Shown piece after piece: positions 40,664 to 48,018 of a stretch of DNA of 64,000 nucleotides. The notes under the pieces were generated by a model. The model saw nothing but the letters and a program-made list of their open reading frames with translations. It ran no database searches and was not told the DNA's origin. The stretch spans positions 833,660 through 897,659 of the forward strand of contig CAVTPA010000001.1 in assembly GCA_963736545.1 (NCBI GenBank), read 5' to 3'. Within the stretch, counting starts at the first letter, position 1; every line of letters starts with the position of its first letter. The position numbers and the translations under genes were made by a program. Origin of the DNA: an uncultured Chloroflexia bacterium. Lineage in GTDB: Bacteria > Chloroflexota > Limnocylindria > Limnocylindrales > CSP1-4.

Positions 40664-42196
40664 GTGGCGGATCGGGCAGTGACGCTCGAGCGCAGGGACG
40701 AGAGCCCGCCGGAGCCGCCGGCCGCCGGGCCCGTCGCATCGGCGCCCGAACGCGAGCTCGTCCGGCTTCCCGTCCACGTCGTCGACGCGCGGTCCGCAAC
40801 CGCGTCGCCCGACCGAGGTCGCGCCCGGCGCCCTGTTCCGGGCCAGCTCCCCCTGCCGCTCGGCGCTCCCCTCCCCGCACTTCCGCTCGAGGCCGACTGG
40901 CGGGATCGGCCGCGTCTCTGGGGCCACGCCTACCACCCGATGTGCTCGTACCTGGCCAGCTTCCCGGCGGCGCTCGCCCACGCCTTCGTCGCTCGCTACA
41001 CGCGGCCGGGCGACGTCGTCTTCGACCCGTTCGCCGGGCGCGGCACGGTCCCCCTCCAGGCCTGCGCCGAGGGCCGGATCGGCGTCGGCAACGACCTCAA
41101 TCCGCTGGCCCACGTCCTGACGGCCGCCAAGGTCGACCCCCCGACGGACCGCGAGCTCGAGGCCCGCCTCTCCGGCCTCCGGCTCGACTGGTCGCTCGAG
41201 GCGGCGGCGTGGATCGAGCTCGCCGGTCGCGTCACCGGCGGCGCCGTGACCCCGGTCCTCGTCCCGGCGACCGGATCGCGGTCCGCGCCCGACCGCGGCT
41301 GCGAGCCCGTCCCGCCCGAGGTCGCCATCGCCTTCCATCCCGGGACGCTCGGCCAGCTCCTGTTCGTCCGCTCGCGGCTCGACCTCGCCGACCGCCCCGA
41401 CCGGTTCGTCGCGGCAGCGCTCGCCGGCATCCTCCACGGCAAGCGGCCCGGCTACCTCTCGGAGCTCATGCCGAACACGTTCAGCATGGCCCCGCGCTAC
41501 GTGCGCGACTTCGCCGCCCGCACGGAGTTCGCCGCCCCGGAGCGCGACCTCTTCGCCCTCCTCGGGGCGAAGCTTCGCCGGCTCGCCCGCGACGGGCGGC
41601 CCTCCGGCCCCGGGATCGCCCTCCTCGGGGACGCCCGCGACGCGGGAGCGCGGGCGCACGCGACCCTGAGCGAGCGGGCCCTCCCCGGCCGAGCTCGGCT
41701 CGTCCTGACGTCGCCGCCGTACCTGCGCGTCCTCAAGTACGGCTACTACAACTGGCTGCGGACGTGGTTCCTCGGCTTCTCGGCGGCGGCGATCGACGCG
41801 ACCCTCGACGACGCCCATCGGCGCGAGCCGTACGCGGTCTTCCTGCGCGAGGTGCTCGCGGGTCTGCGGCCGGCGCTGGCCGACGACGCCGTGGTAGCCC
41901 TCGTCCTCGGTGACGTGGAGGCCGAGCGCGGCCGGGCCGCGCCCGATGGGCTGGCGATCGGCCTTGCCGACGAGGCCTGGGAGGGCGCCGCCCGCCCCGA
42001 GGGCTACCTGCTGGCGGGCATCGCGCGCGACGAGATCGCCGCGCCCCGGAAGATGACGAAGCTGTGGGGCGCCGAGGCCGGCCGCGCCACGACGATCGAC
42101 CGGATCCTCGTCCTCGCGACGTCCGAGGCCGGCCGTCGCCGGGCCGTCACGGGGGCGGGGCTGCCGATCGACTGGAGCTGGCCGCCGCGCCGCTGA
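40664..42196 (+). CDS. DNA methyltransferase (N6/N4 amino-MTase; motif I precedes motif IV)
   Basis: GTG 40664 follows GGAGG (40651-40655). GDVVFDPFAGRGTVPL (FxGxG) lies about 270 aa before LVLTSPPYLRVLKYGYY (SPPY). The first ~85 aa are Pro/Arg/Ala-rich. This is the tail of ORF 39314..42196. Confidence 0.8.
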   Translation: MADRAVTLERRDESPPEPPAAGPVASAPERELVRLPVHVVDARSATASPDRGRARRPVPGQLPLPLGAPLPALPLEADWRDRPRLWGHAYHPMCSYLASFPAALAHAFVARYTRPGDVVFDPFAGRGTVPLQACAEGRIGVGNDLNPLAHVLTAAKVDPPTDRELEARLSGLRLDWSLEAAAWIELAGRVTGGAVTPVLVPATGSRSAPDRGCEPVPPEVAIAFHPGTLGQLLFVRSRLDLADRPDRFVAAALAGILHGKRPGYLSELMPNTFSMAPRYVRDFAARTEFAAPERDLFALLGAKLRRLARDGRPSGPGIALLGDARDAGARAHATLSERALPGRARLVLTSPPYLRVLKYGYYNWLRTWFLGFSAAAIDATLDDAHRREPYAVFLREVLAGLRPALADDAVVALVLGDVEAERGRAAPDGLAIGLADEAWEGAARPEGYLLAGIARDEIAAPRKMTKLWGAEAGRATTIDRILVLATSEAGRRRAVTGAGLPIDWSWPPRR

Positions 42197-42252
42197 GCCG
42201 GCCGGCGCGATCGCCTGCGGCGGCGCACCCGCGGGCACGCTCCGCGCTCCGC

Positions 42253-42258
42253 TACACT
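42253..42258 (+). promoter_or_regulatory. -10-like TACACT, 6 nt upstream of ATG 42265 (leaderless candidate)
   Basis: CGCTACACTCGCGTC-ATG. There is no SD. Confidence 0.35.
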
Positions 42259-42264
42259 CGCGTC

Positions 42265-42492
42265 ATGAAGTCGATGTACCACCCGGACGACCTCGCCGCG
42301 ATGGATCCACTGGTCCTCATGAAGAACCTGGACCACGTCCGGATGACGAGCCGCCGGCTCAGCTACATCCTCCAGCAGCAGGTCCACCTGTACACGCCGC
42401 AGGCGAACCAGCTCCGCGAGCAGATCGACACCTACGTCGATGCCGAGCGCCAGATCGAAGGCGAGATGGCCCGCCGCCAGATCCGGGCGTAG
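42265..42492 (+). CDS. Hypothetical small protein (75 aa), predicted helical
   Basis: MKSMYHPDDLAAMDPLVLMKNLDHVRMTSRRLSYILQQQVHLYTPQANQLREQIDTYVDAERQIEGEMARRQIRA. The composition is unlike a GC-shadow ORF. Confidence 0.55.
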   Translation: MKSMYHPDDLAAMDPLVLMKNLDHVRMTSRRLSYILQQQVHLYTPQANQLREQIDTYVDAERQIEGEMARRQIRA

Positions 42493-42798
42493 TCAGGCGA
42501 CCGCTGCGGCGGCCCTGCTCCGAGTCCGTCGGTCCGCGTCGACGCCGGCCGCCGCCCGCTCGTCCTCGATGACCGCGGCGGCGAGCGACGCCAGCGCGCG
42601 CGTGCCGTACAGGCTGAACCCGATCCCCCGCTCCTCGAGGTCCGTGAAGTCGTAGCCGCGGAAGAGGCCGCGACTCGCGACCGCCCACATCTCGTCGTAG
42701 AGCTCGGGCCACCCGACCCGGCGGCGCGCCCGGCAGAACCGGACGAACTCAACCGCGTCGGGGTCCGCTCCGTCGAGCGCGCGGGCACACGGATCCAT
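42493..42798 (-). CDS. Hypothetical small protein (101 aa)
   Basis: A strong SD (GGGAGGAGAGG) precedes the ATG. Sequence includes WPELYDEMWAVASRGLFRGYDFTDLEERGIGFSLYG. Its stop abuts the convergent 75-aa gene. Confidence 0.6.
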   Translation of the reverse strand: MDPCARALDGADPDAVEFVRFCRARRRVGWPELYDEMWAVASRGLFRGYDFTDLEERGIGFSLYGTRALASLAAAVIEDERAAAGVDADRRTRSRAAAAVA

Positions 42799-43006
42799 CG
42801 ATGACCTCTCCTCCCGCGCACGGCGCGGCTCGCCCGCGTGCGTGCGGGCACATGGACGATCTGGGGATCTGCGATCACCGCGAGTTCGGGCGGATCCGAT
42901 CGCAGGGCCGGGGCTCGTCGCGGATCCCCGGCTCGCCGCCGCTCGCTCTCCCTGGCGCCCGGCGACCCCGCAATGCTACCCGCCCGGCCGGAAGACGCGA
43001 AGGCCG

Positions 43007-43092
43007 TTGTCCACCAACCCCCCCACCGACTTATCCACAGGAACAGGCGTTCGGTGGACCGGCCGACCGTTGCCTCGGAAGTCCGTGGACAG
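43007..43092. promoter_or_regulatory. Cluster of DnaA-box-like 9-mers
   Basis: TTGTCCACC (43007-43015) and TTATCCACA (43031-43039) lie on the plus strand. CTGTCCACG is the reverse complement of 43084-43092. A weaker GTCCAC core is the reverse complement of 43054-43059. Confidence 0.45.
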
Positions 43093-43173
43093 GATGCCTC
43101 GCGGGGCTCTTGACAGGCCCGCCGGCCGACCCGGACCCGTCGCGCGCGGCCCCGGGTCCGCCGAGCGCTGCCG

Positions 43174-44247
43174 CTACGCCCGGTCCGCCACTCCGAGGCC
43201 CGGCGCACCCGTCAACGCCCAGCGGCAGTCCGCCCCCAGCTCGAGCCCGACGAACGGGTCGTCGGCGAGGAGCAGGCAGCCGTCGAGGTCGACCCACTCG
43301 GCGAGCGAGGCGACGGCTGCCGACGCGGCGATGCCGACACTCGTCTCCTCCATGCACCCGAGGAACGTGCGAAAGCCCAGCTCTCGGGCCCGCGTCAGCA
43401 TCCGGGCGGCCGCGCCGACGCCGCCGCACTTCGCCAGCTTCACGTTCACCCCATCGACGACCCCGACGAGCGCCTCGAGGTCCTCGATGATGACGGCGCT
43501 CTCGTCGGCGACGATCGGCAGCGGCGACGCCGACTGGAGGTCGAGGAGCCAGTCGTACCGGCGCGGCGGGAACGGCTGCTCGATCAGCTCCACGCCCAGG
43601 TCGACGAGACCGGGCAGGAGCGACGCCGCGGTCTCCGGCGTCCAGCCGGTGTTGGCGTCCACGCGCAGCGGTCCCGTGTAGACCGCCCGTACCGCCTCGA
43701 GGGTGGCCAGGTCGGCGGGCCCGCCGACCTTGATCTTGAGGGCCGGGAAGCGTGCCGCCCGCAGCGCGCGCTCGGCGACGACCGACGGCTCGTCGAGGCC
43801 GAGCGTGAAATCCGTCGGCGGGATGTCGGCCGACAGCCCGAGAAGGCGATGCACCGGTGTCCCCGTCGCCTTGCCGGCAAGGTCGTGGAGGGCGATGTCG
43901 AGGGCGCACTTCGCCGCCCCATGCCCGCGGATCGCGACGTCGAACGCCGCGCCGATCGCCGTGAGGGACGCGGCGGCGGCCTCCGGCGACGACACGTCGA
44001 GGTCGGCCGGCCCGACCCCCTCGAGGAGGTGATCCATGACGACCGGGAGCGTCGCCAGCGTCTCGCCGTAGTACGCATCCGGGTACGCCTCGCCGAGGCC
44101 GACGAGTCCCGGGAGAAGCTCGGAACGGAGCTCCACGATCAGAGTCGACATCGCGGCGCCCGCCCCGTGGGAGTCACGGGCGATCCGGAAGGGTTCGCGA
44201 TACGGGATTCGGAGAACGCGAGGGCGCAGGTCCCAGCCGGGCTTCAT
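43174..44247 (-). CDS. Enolase-superfamily dipeptide epimerase / N-acyl-amino-acid racemase-like enzyme
   Basis: 357 aa with KIKVGG, RVDANTGW, IEQPF, VADES and KLAKCGG. The ATG overlaps the upstream stop (ATGA at 44244-44247). Confidence 0.85.
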   Translation of the reverse strand: MKPGWDLRPRVLRIPYREPFRIARDSHGAGAAMSTLIVELRSELLPGLVGLGEAYPDAYYGETLATLPVVMDHLLEGVGPADLDVSSPEAAAASLTAIGAAFDVAIRGHGAAKCALDIALHDLAGKATGTPVHRLLGLSADIPPTDFTLGLDEPSVVAERALRAARFPALKIKVGGPADLATLEAVRAVYTGPLRVDANTGWTPETAASLLPGLVDLGVELIEQPFPPRRYDWLLDLQSASPLPIVADESAVIIEDLEALVGVVDGVNVKLAKCGGVGAAARMLTRARELGFRTFLGCMEETSVGIAASAAVASLAEWVDLDGCLLLADDPFVGLELGADCRWALTGAPGLGVADRA

Positions 44248-45356
44248 CGCACCGCTCCCGCGGGCGCCGCGACCCAGGGCAGGGCGTTCACCGCCCGCTT
44301 CGTCTCCGCCCAGAGGCGCGCTCCCCCGAACCTGACCGGGTCGTCGGCGGGGAGGCCCGTCTCGGCGGCGATCGCGTCGATGGCCCGCCGCGCCGCGCCG
44401 TCGTCCGCGAGGAGCGAGGTGTTGACGGCGACCGCGACGACCTTCGACGGCGCCACGGACCCTGCGACTCGCTCGTGAAGGTCGATGAACGGACGCAGGT
44501 CGGCGATCGGGAACGACCGGTCCTCCGCGTCGCCGAAGTCCTTCTCGACCTGGCCGGCCCGGTGGACGAGGATCATCGCGTGGGGCGTCGCGCCGTGGAT
44601 GAGGCCGAGGGTGACGGCGCTGTAGGCCGGATGGTCGAGGGAGCCCTGCCCCTCGACGACGACCCAGTCGCCGAGTCGCTCTCCCTCCTCCACGAGCCAC
44701 TCGACGGTGCCGTTGAGGAAGTCGCTGATGACCCGGTCGACGGCGACGCCCCAGCCGTCGATCATCATCCCGGTCTGGCCGGTCGGGACGAACGCGACGT
44801 CGTCGCCGCCGGCCCGGGCGGCGTTCCGCAGCTCGAGGGCGACCGACATCTTCCCGATCGCGCAGTCGGTCCCGACGGTGAGGAGGACCCGCTTGCCCGG
44901 CCCGTGGACCCGCCCCACCGCGGTCTCGAACCGCTCCGGCGGCCGGCGGTAGTCGACGATCCGAACCCCGGCGATGGCCGCCGCGGAGGAGAGCTCCGGG
45001 TCGTCGCCGAGGAACGTGTGGAGGCCCGAGTGGAGCTCAAGTCCGGCGTCGATGGCGGCGTGGAGGACGGCGTGCCAGCTCTCGGGCAGGCGTCCGCCCG
45101 CGGGGGCGATCCCGATCAGGAGCGCGTCCGGCCGCGGCCGACCGGGCAGGTCCAGGGCCTCCTCGAGGCCGGCGACGATCGGGATCTCGTGGCCCGGGAT
45201 CCACTCGGCGACGTTGCGCCCGGCCAGCGTCGAGTCGAGGACGGCCACGACCTCGTCGTGGCCGTAGCGGATCACGCCGAACGCGGTCTTGCCGGAGTGG
45301 GGGCCGAACTGCCCGTCGGTGAGGATCACGAGCCGCCGTGGCGCCTGGGGTCGCAT
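44244..45356 (-). CDS. DUF1611-family protein (DgcN-like)
   Basis: 370 aa from ATG 45356: RRLVILTDGQFGPHSGKTAFGVIRYG..., TVGTDCAIGKMS, VVEGQGSLDHPAYS. This is the tail of ORF 44244..45608. Confidence 0.75.
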   Translation of the reverse strand: MRPQAPRRLVILTDGQFGPHSGKTAFGVIRYGHDEVVAVLDSTLAGRNVAEWIPGHEIPIVAGLEEALDLPGRPRPDALLIGIAPAGGRLPESWHAVLHAAIDAGLELHSGLHTFLGDDPELSSAAAIAGVRIVDYRRPPERFETAVGRVHGPGKRVLLTVGTDCAIGKMSVALELRNAARAGGDDVAFVPTGQTGMMIDGWGVAVDRVISDFLNGTVEWLVEEGERLGDWVVVEGQGSLDHPAYSAVTLGLIHGATPHAMILVHRAGQVEKDFGDAEDRSFPIADLRPFIDLHERVAGSVAPSKVVAVAVNTSLLADDGAARRAIDAIAAETGLPADDPVRFGGARLWAETKRAVNALPWVAAPAGAVR

Positions 45357-45428
45357 CTCGCCTCCGTTCGCGAACGCCGGGTCGCGCCGGCGGGCGGCGA
45401 GGCCGCGCCCGGCGTGCCGGGAAAAGGT

Positions 45429-45458
45429 AACGCCCCCGGGGCGCGGACCGGGGGCGTT
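45429..45458 (-). terminator. Intrinsic terminator downstream of tRNA-Glu
   Basis: Perfect 11-bp stem AACGCCCCCGG / CCGGGGGCGTT with an 8-nt loop. On the minus strand it is followed by ACCTTTTCC. Confidence 0.6.
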
Positions 45459-45469
45459 GGAGCGTTCGC

Positions 45470-45546
45470 TGGTACCGCATACCGGATTCGAACCGGTGAT
45501 CTCCGCCTTGAGAGGGCGGCGTCCTAGGCCTCTAGACGAATGCGGC
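45470..45546 (-). tRNA. tRNA-Glu (anticodon CTC), CCA encoded
   Basis: Hand-folded: acceptor GCCGCAT/ATGCGGT (G1-U72), D arm GTCT..GGAC, anticodon stem CCGCC/GGCGG with loop CTCTCAA, T arm ACCGG-TTCGAAT-CCGGT, A plus CCA. 77 nt. Confidence 0.88.
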
Positions 45547-45578
45547 GCCGACCACGGGAGATCCCGCGACCGGCGAGG

Positions 45579-45587
45579 AGGATACCA
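45579..45587 (-). promoter_or_regulatory. Extended -10 TGGTATCCT with -35-like TTGTCC for tRNA-Glu
   Basis: Minus strand reads TTGTCC-18 nt-TATCCT, about 30 nt upstream of the tRNA 5' end. Confidence 0.4.
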
Positions 45588-45623
45588 GAGCCCCTGCCGA
45601 CCGGACAAGCACGCGTGGCCCGG

Positions 45624-46517
45624 CTAGAGGCGGTGCGCCTCCAGGAAGGCCCGCACGTGGTCGGCGACCTGGCGGTGCCCCTCCTCCGCGAGGACGAGCC
45701 CGTAGTGGGAGGCGGCCCCGAACTGCTCGTGCTCGGCGCCCAGCCACGCCGCGAGGCGCTCGGCCGCGAGCGCGGCAGCCGCCCCGTCGACCCCCGATCC
45801 GATCACGAGGGTTGGCACGCCCTCGAGGTGCTCCCCACGAACCGGGACACCACCGAGAATCGCGGCCCGCGCGCGGCCGGCCTCGTGCGGCTTCTCCCCG
45901 AGGAGGTGCCGGATCCGGAGGACGTCGTCGAGCGTCAGGTCCCGGTTCTCGCGCTGGAGCTTCTCCGGCAGCCGGTCCCAGCCGATCACGGAACGACCGT
46001 AGACGGCCGGAACGTCGCGCATCTCGTGGGGACGGGCGGGAGGCCGGAGACCGGCGGGCGTCTCGGCGTCCAGGAGGACGAGCCCGGCCACGGGCACCCG
46101 CTCCGCGGCCGCCTTGAGGACGAGGAGCCCGCCCATGCCGTGGCCGATCGCCACGGCGTTGGGCCCGATCCGCTCCAGGCCGGCGCAGACATCGTCGAGG
46201 TACGTCTCGAAGGACAGGCCCTGGGGGTCCGCCGTCCGACTCCAGTAGTGGTTCTGGAGGTTGAGGGCGTGGCCCTCCCAGCCGCGGCTGGCGAAGTAGC
46301 GCAGCCAGCGCTCCCAGAGCCAGGAGCCGGCCAGCTCGCCGTGGACGTAGAAGAGCGGACGTCGTCGCGAGCGACGCTCGGGAAGCCAGCTCTCGATGTA
46401 CAGCCCGCGCTCATCGAGCTCGACCTCGTCCTTGCGCACGGGGCGCCCACCGGATGGCGACACGGGGTGCGGGGCCGGCGGGCGCGGCCAGTCGCGGTCG
46501 ACGGGATCGTCGTTCAT
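45624..46517 (-). CDS. Alpha/beta-hydrolase-fold protein with Gly at the predicted nucleophile position
   Basis: 297-aa ORF. PLFYVHGELAGSWLW and AVAIGHGMGGLLV (GHGMG where GHSMG is expected), plus C-terminal ASHYGL. Confidence 0.75.
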   Translation of the reverse strand: MNDDPVDRDWPRPPAPHPVSPSGGRPVRKDEVELDERGLYIESWLPERRSRRRPLFYVHGELAGSWLWERWLRYFASRGWEGHALNLQNHYWSRTADPQGLSFETYLDDVCAGLERIGPNAVAIGHGMGGLLVLKAAAERVPVAGLVLLDAETPAGLRPPARPHEMRDVPAVYGRSVIGWDRLPEKLQRENRDLTLDDVLRIRHLLGEKPHEAGRARAAILGGVPVRGEHLEGVPTLVIGSGVDGAAAALAAERLAAWLGAEHEQFGAASHYGLVLAEEGHRQVADHVRAFLEAHRL

Positions 46518-46518
46518 C

Positions 46519-47841
46519 TCACCACTCGAGCGGGTTGAGGACGAGGCCGCTCAGCGGCTTCGGGTAGAAGTAGGTGCTCTTCTGCGGCATCACGTCTCCC
46601 TCGCGGGCGACAGCCTCGATGTCGGCCACGGGCGTGCCGTCGAGAAGGAACGCGGCGTCCGCGGCGTCGACCCGCGCGTCGACCCACGCGATCGCCTCCG
46701 CGGCGTCCTTCGTGTAGGTGATGCGGCCTCCGCTCGTGGTCGCCCCGCGGTCGATGCCGCACAGTCGCTCGAGGGCGACGGCGAGCAGCGTCACGTCGAG
46801 CCGGCGCAGCGCCTCCCCGCCGAGCGGCAGGAGGGAGCCGAACGCCTCGCGCCGGGCGACGAGGACCGCCCCGCCGGCGCGCGTCCAGAGGCCGATCCGG
46901 CCGGCCCCGCCGCTCCCGGGAGCGCCCGGTCCGAACGCCGCGACGAGGGCGGCGGCATCCGCCGGCACCACGTCGAAGAGGCCCGACGACGAGGCGGATG
47001 CCACGAGCTCGCTTGCCGCCGGAACCGACCGGGCGACCCGGTGGGTCGGGAGCACGAGGAGGCTGTCGGTCGACGTCTCCATGAACAGGGAGAGGACGAA
47101 GTCGAATGCCGGGTCCGTCTCGTCGGGCGACGTGCGGTGACGCTCGTCGCGATACCGGAGCGCGGTCTCGTAGCGGTGGTGGCCGTCGGCGATCGTGACG
47201 GGGTTTCTGCCGGCCGCGTCGCGGAGCCCGGCGACGAGCGTCTCGGTGGGGCCGGACTCCGGCACCATCCAGAGGCGGTGGCGGACCCCGTCGTCGTCGG
47301 TGACGTCGGCCACGGGCGGCGCCTCGGTCGCCTCCCCGAAGATCCGGCTGGAGGCGCCCGACGGATCCGCGTAGAGGACCATGACCCCCGAGAAGTTCGC
47401 GCCGGTCGCGCGCATGAGCTTGTATCGGTCCTCTTTCGGTCCGCTCAGCGTCCGCTCGTGGGGCAGGACGCCGGCCCCGGGCCCGAACTCCTCGAGGCGC
47501 AGCCGCCCGTAGAAGCCCCGCTGAGCTCGGCGGGTCGACGTGCCGGGAAGCGTGTACTCCTGCTCGTAGACGTAGAGCGCGGGTTGGCGGTCCTTGAGGA
47601 GCACACCCTCGGTTCGCCACTCGCGGAAGAGCCGGGCGGCCTGGCGATACATCTCGTCCGGATCGGTCGCTCCCGCGGCCACCGGGAGCTCGATCGCCAC
47701 GACGTTGCGCGGGTCGCGGGTCGCGAGGTCGGCCCGCAGCGCGGGCGGGATCACGTCGTACGGCGGAGCAACGACCCTGGCCAGGTCGGGCACGACGTCC
47801 GGGTTGTAACGCAGCGCACGGAACGCGCGGATCTCGGGCAC
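46519..47841 (-). CDS. DUF1015-family protein
   Basis: 440-aa ORF: MPEIRAFRALRYNP, VVAPPYDVI, IADGHHRYETA. Confidence 0.8.
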   Translation of the reverse strand: MPEIRAFRALRYNPDVVPDLARVVAPPYDVIPPALRADLATRDPRNVVAIELPVAAGATDPDEMYRQAARLFREWRTEGVLLKDRQPALYVYEQEYTLPGTSTRRAQRGFYGRLRLEEFGPGAGVLPHERTLSGPKEDRYKLMRATGANFSGVMVLYADPSGASSRIFGEATEAPPVADVTDDDGVRHRLWMVPESGPTETLVAGLRDAAGRNPVTIADGHHRYETALRYRDERHRTSPDETDPAFDFVLSLFMETSTDSLLVLPTHRVARSVPAASELVASASSSGLFDVVPADAAALVAAFGPGAPGSGGAGRIGLWTRAGGAVLVARREAFGSLLPLGGEALRRLDVTLLAVALERLCGIDRGATTSGGRITYTKDAAEAIAWVDARVDAADAAFLLDGTPVADIEAVAREGDVMPQKSTYFYPKPLSGLVLNPLEW

Positions 47842-48018
47842 GCAACCTCCGGGTCACCGGGACTGGGGTCCGGGGGGCCTGGCCGCGCGACGCGCGGCGG
47901 GATGGGCGAGAGTGTACCGCGCCGGACGGCGATCCCGGTCGGCGCCCGACGCAACTTTCAGGCCGCCCTGGGCGTCTTCAGCGCAGGCCGCCCACGGGGC
48001 GGGTGCAGTGAGGCTGTC

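Noticed and set aside
40664-42798. Complete restriction-modification system
   Set aside because: Only the methyltransferase is recognisable. The adjacent ORFs (75 and 101 aa) are too small for a nuclease and show no PD-(D/E)xK or HNH motif by eye.
42799-43173. Chromosomal replication origin (oriC)
   Set aside because: DnaA-box-like sites are present. However, there is no AT-rich unwinding element and no dnaA, dnaN or other origin-linked gene nearby. It is kept only as a DnaA-box cluster finding.
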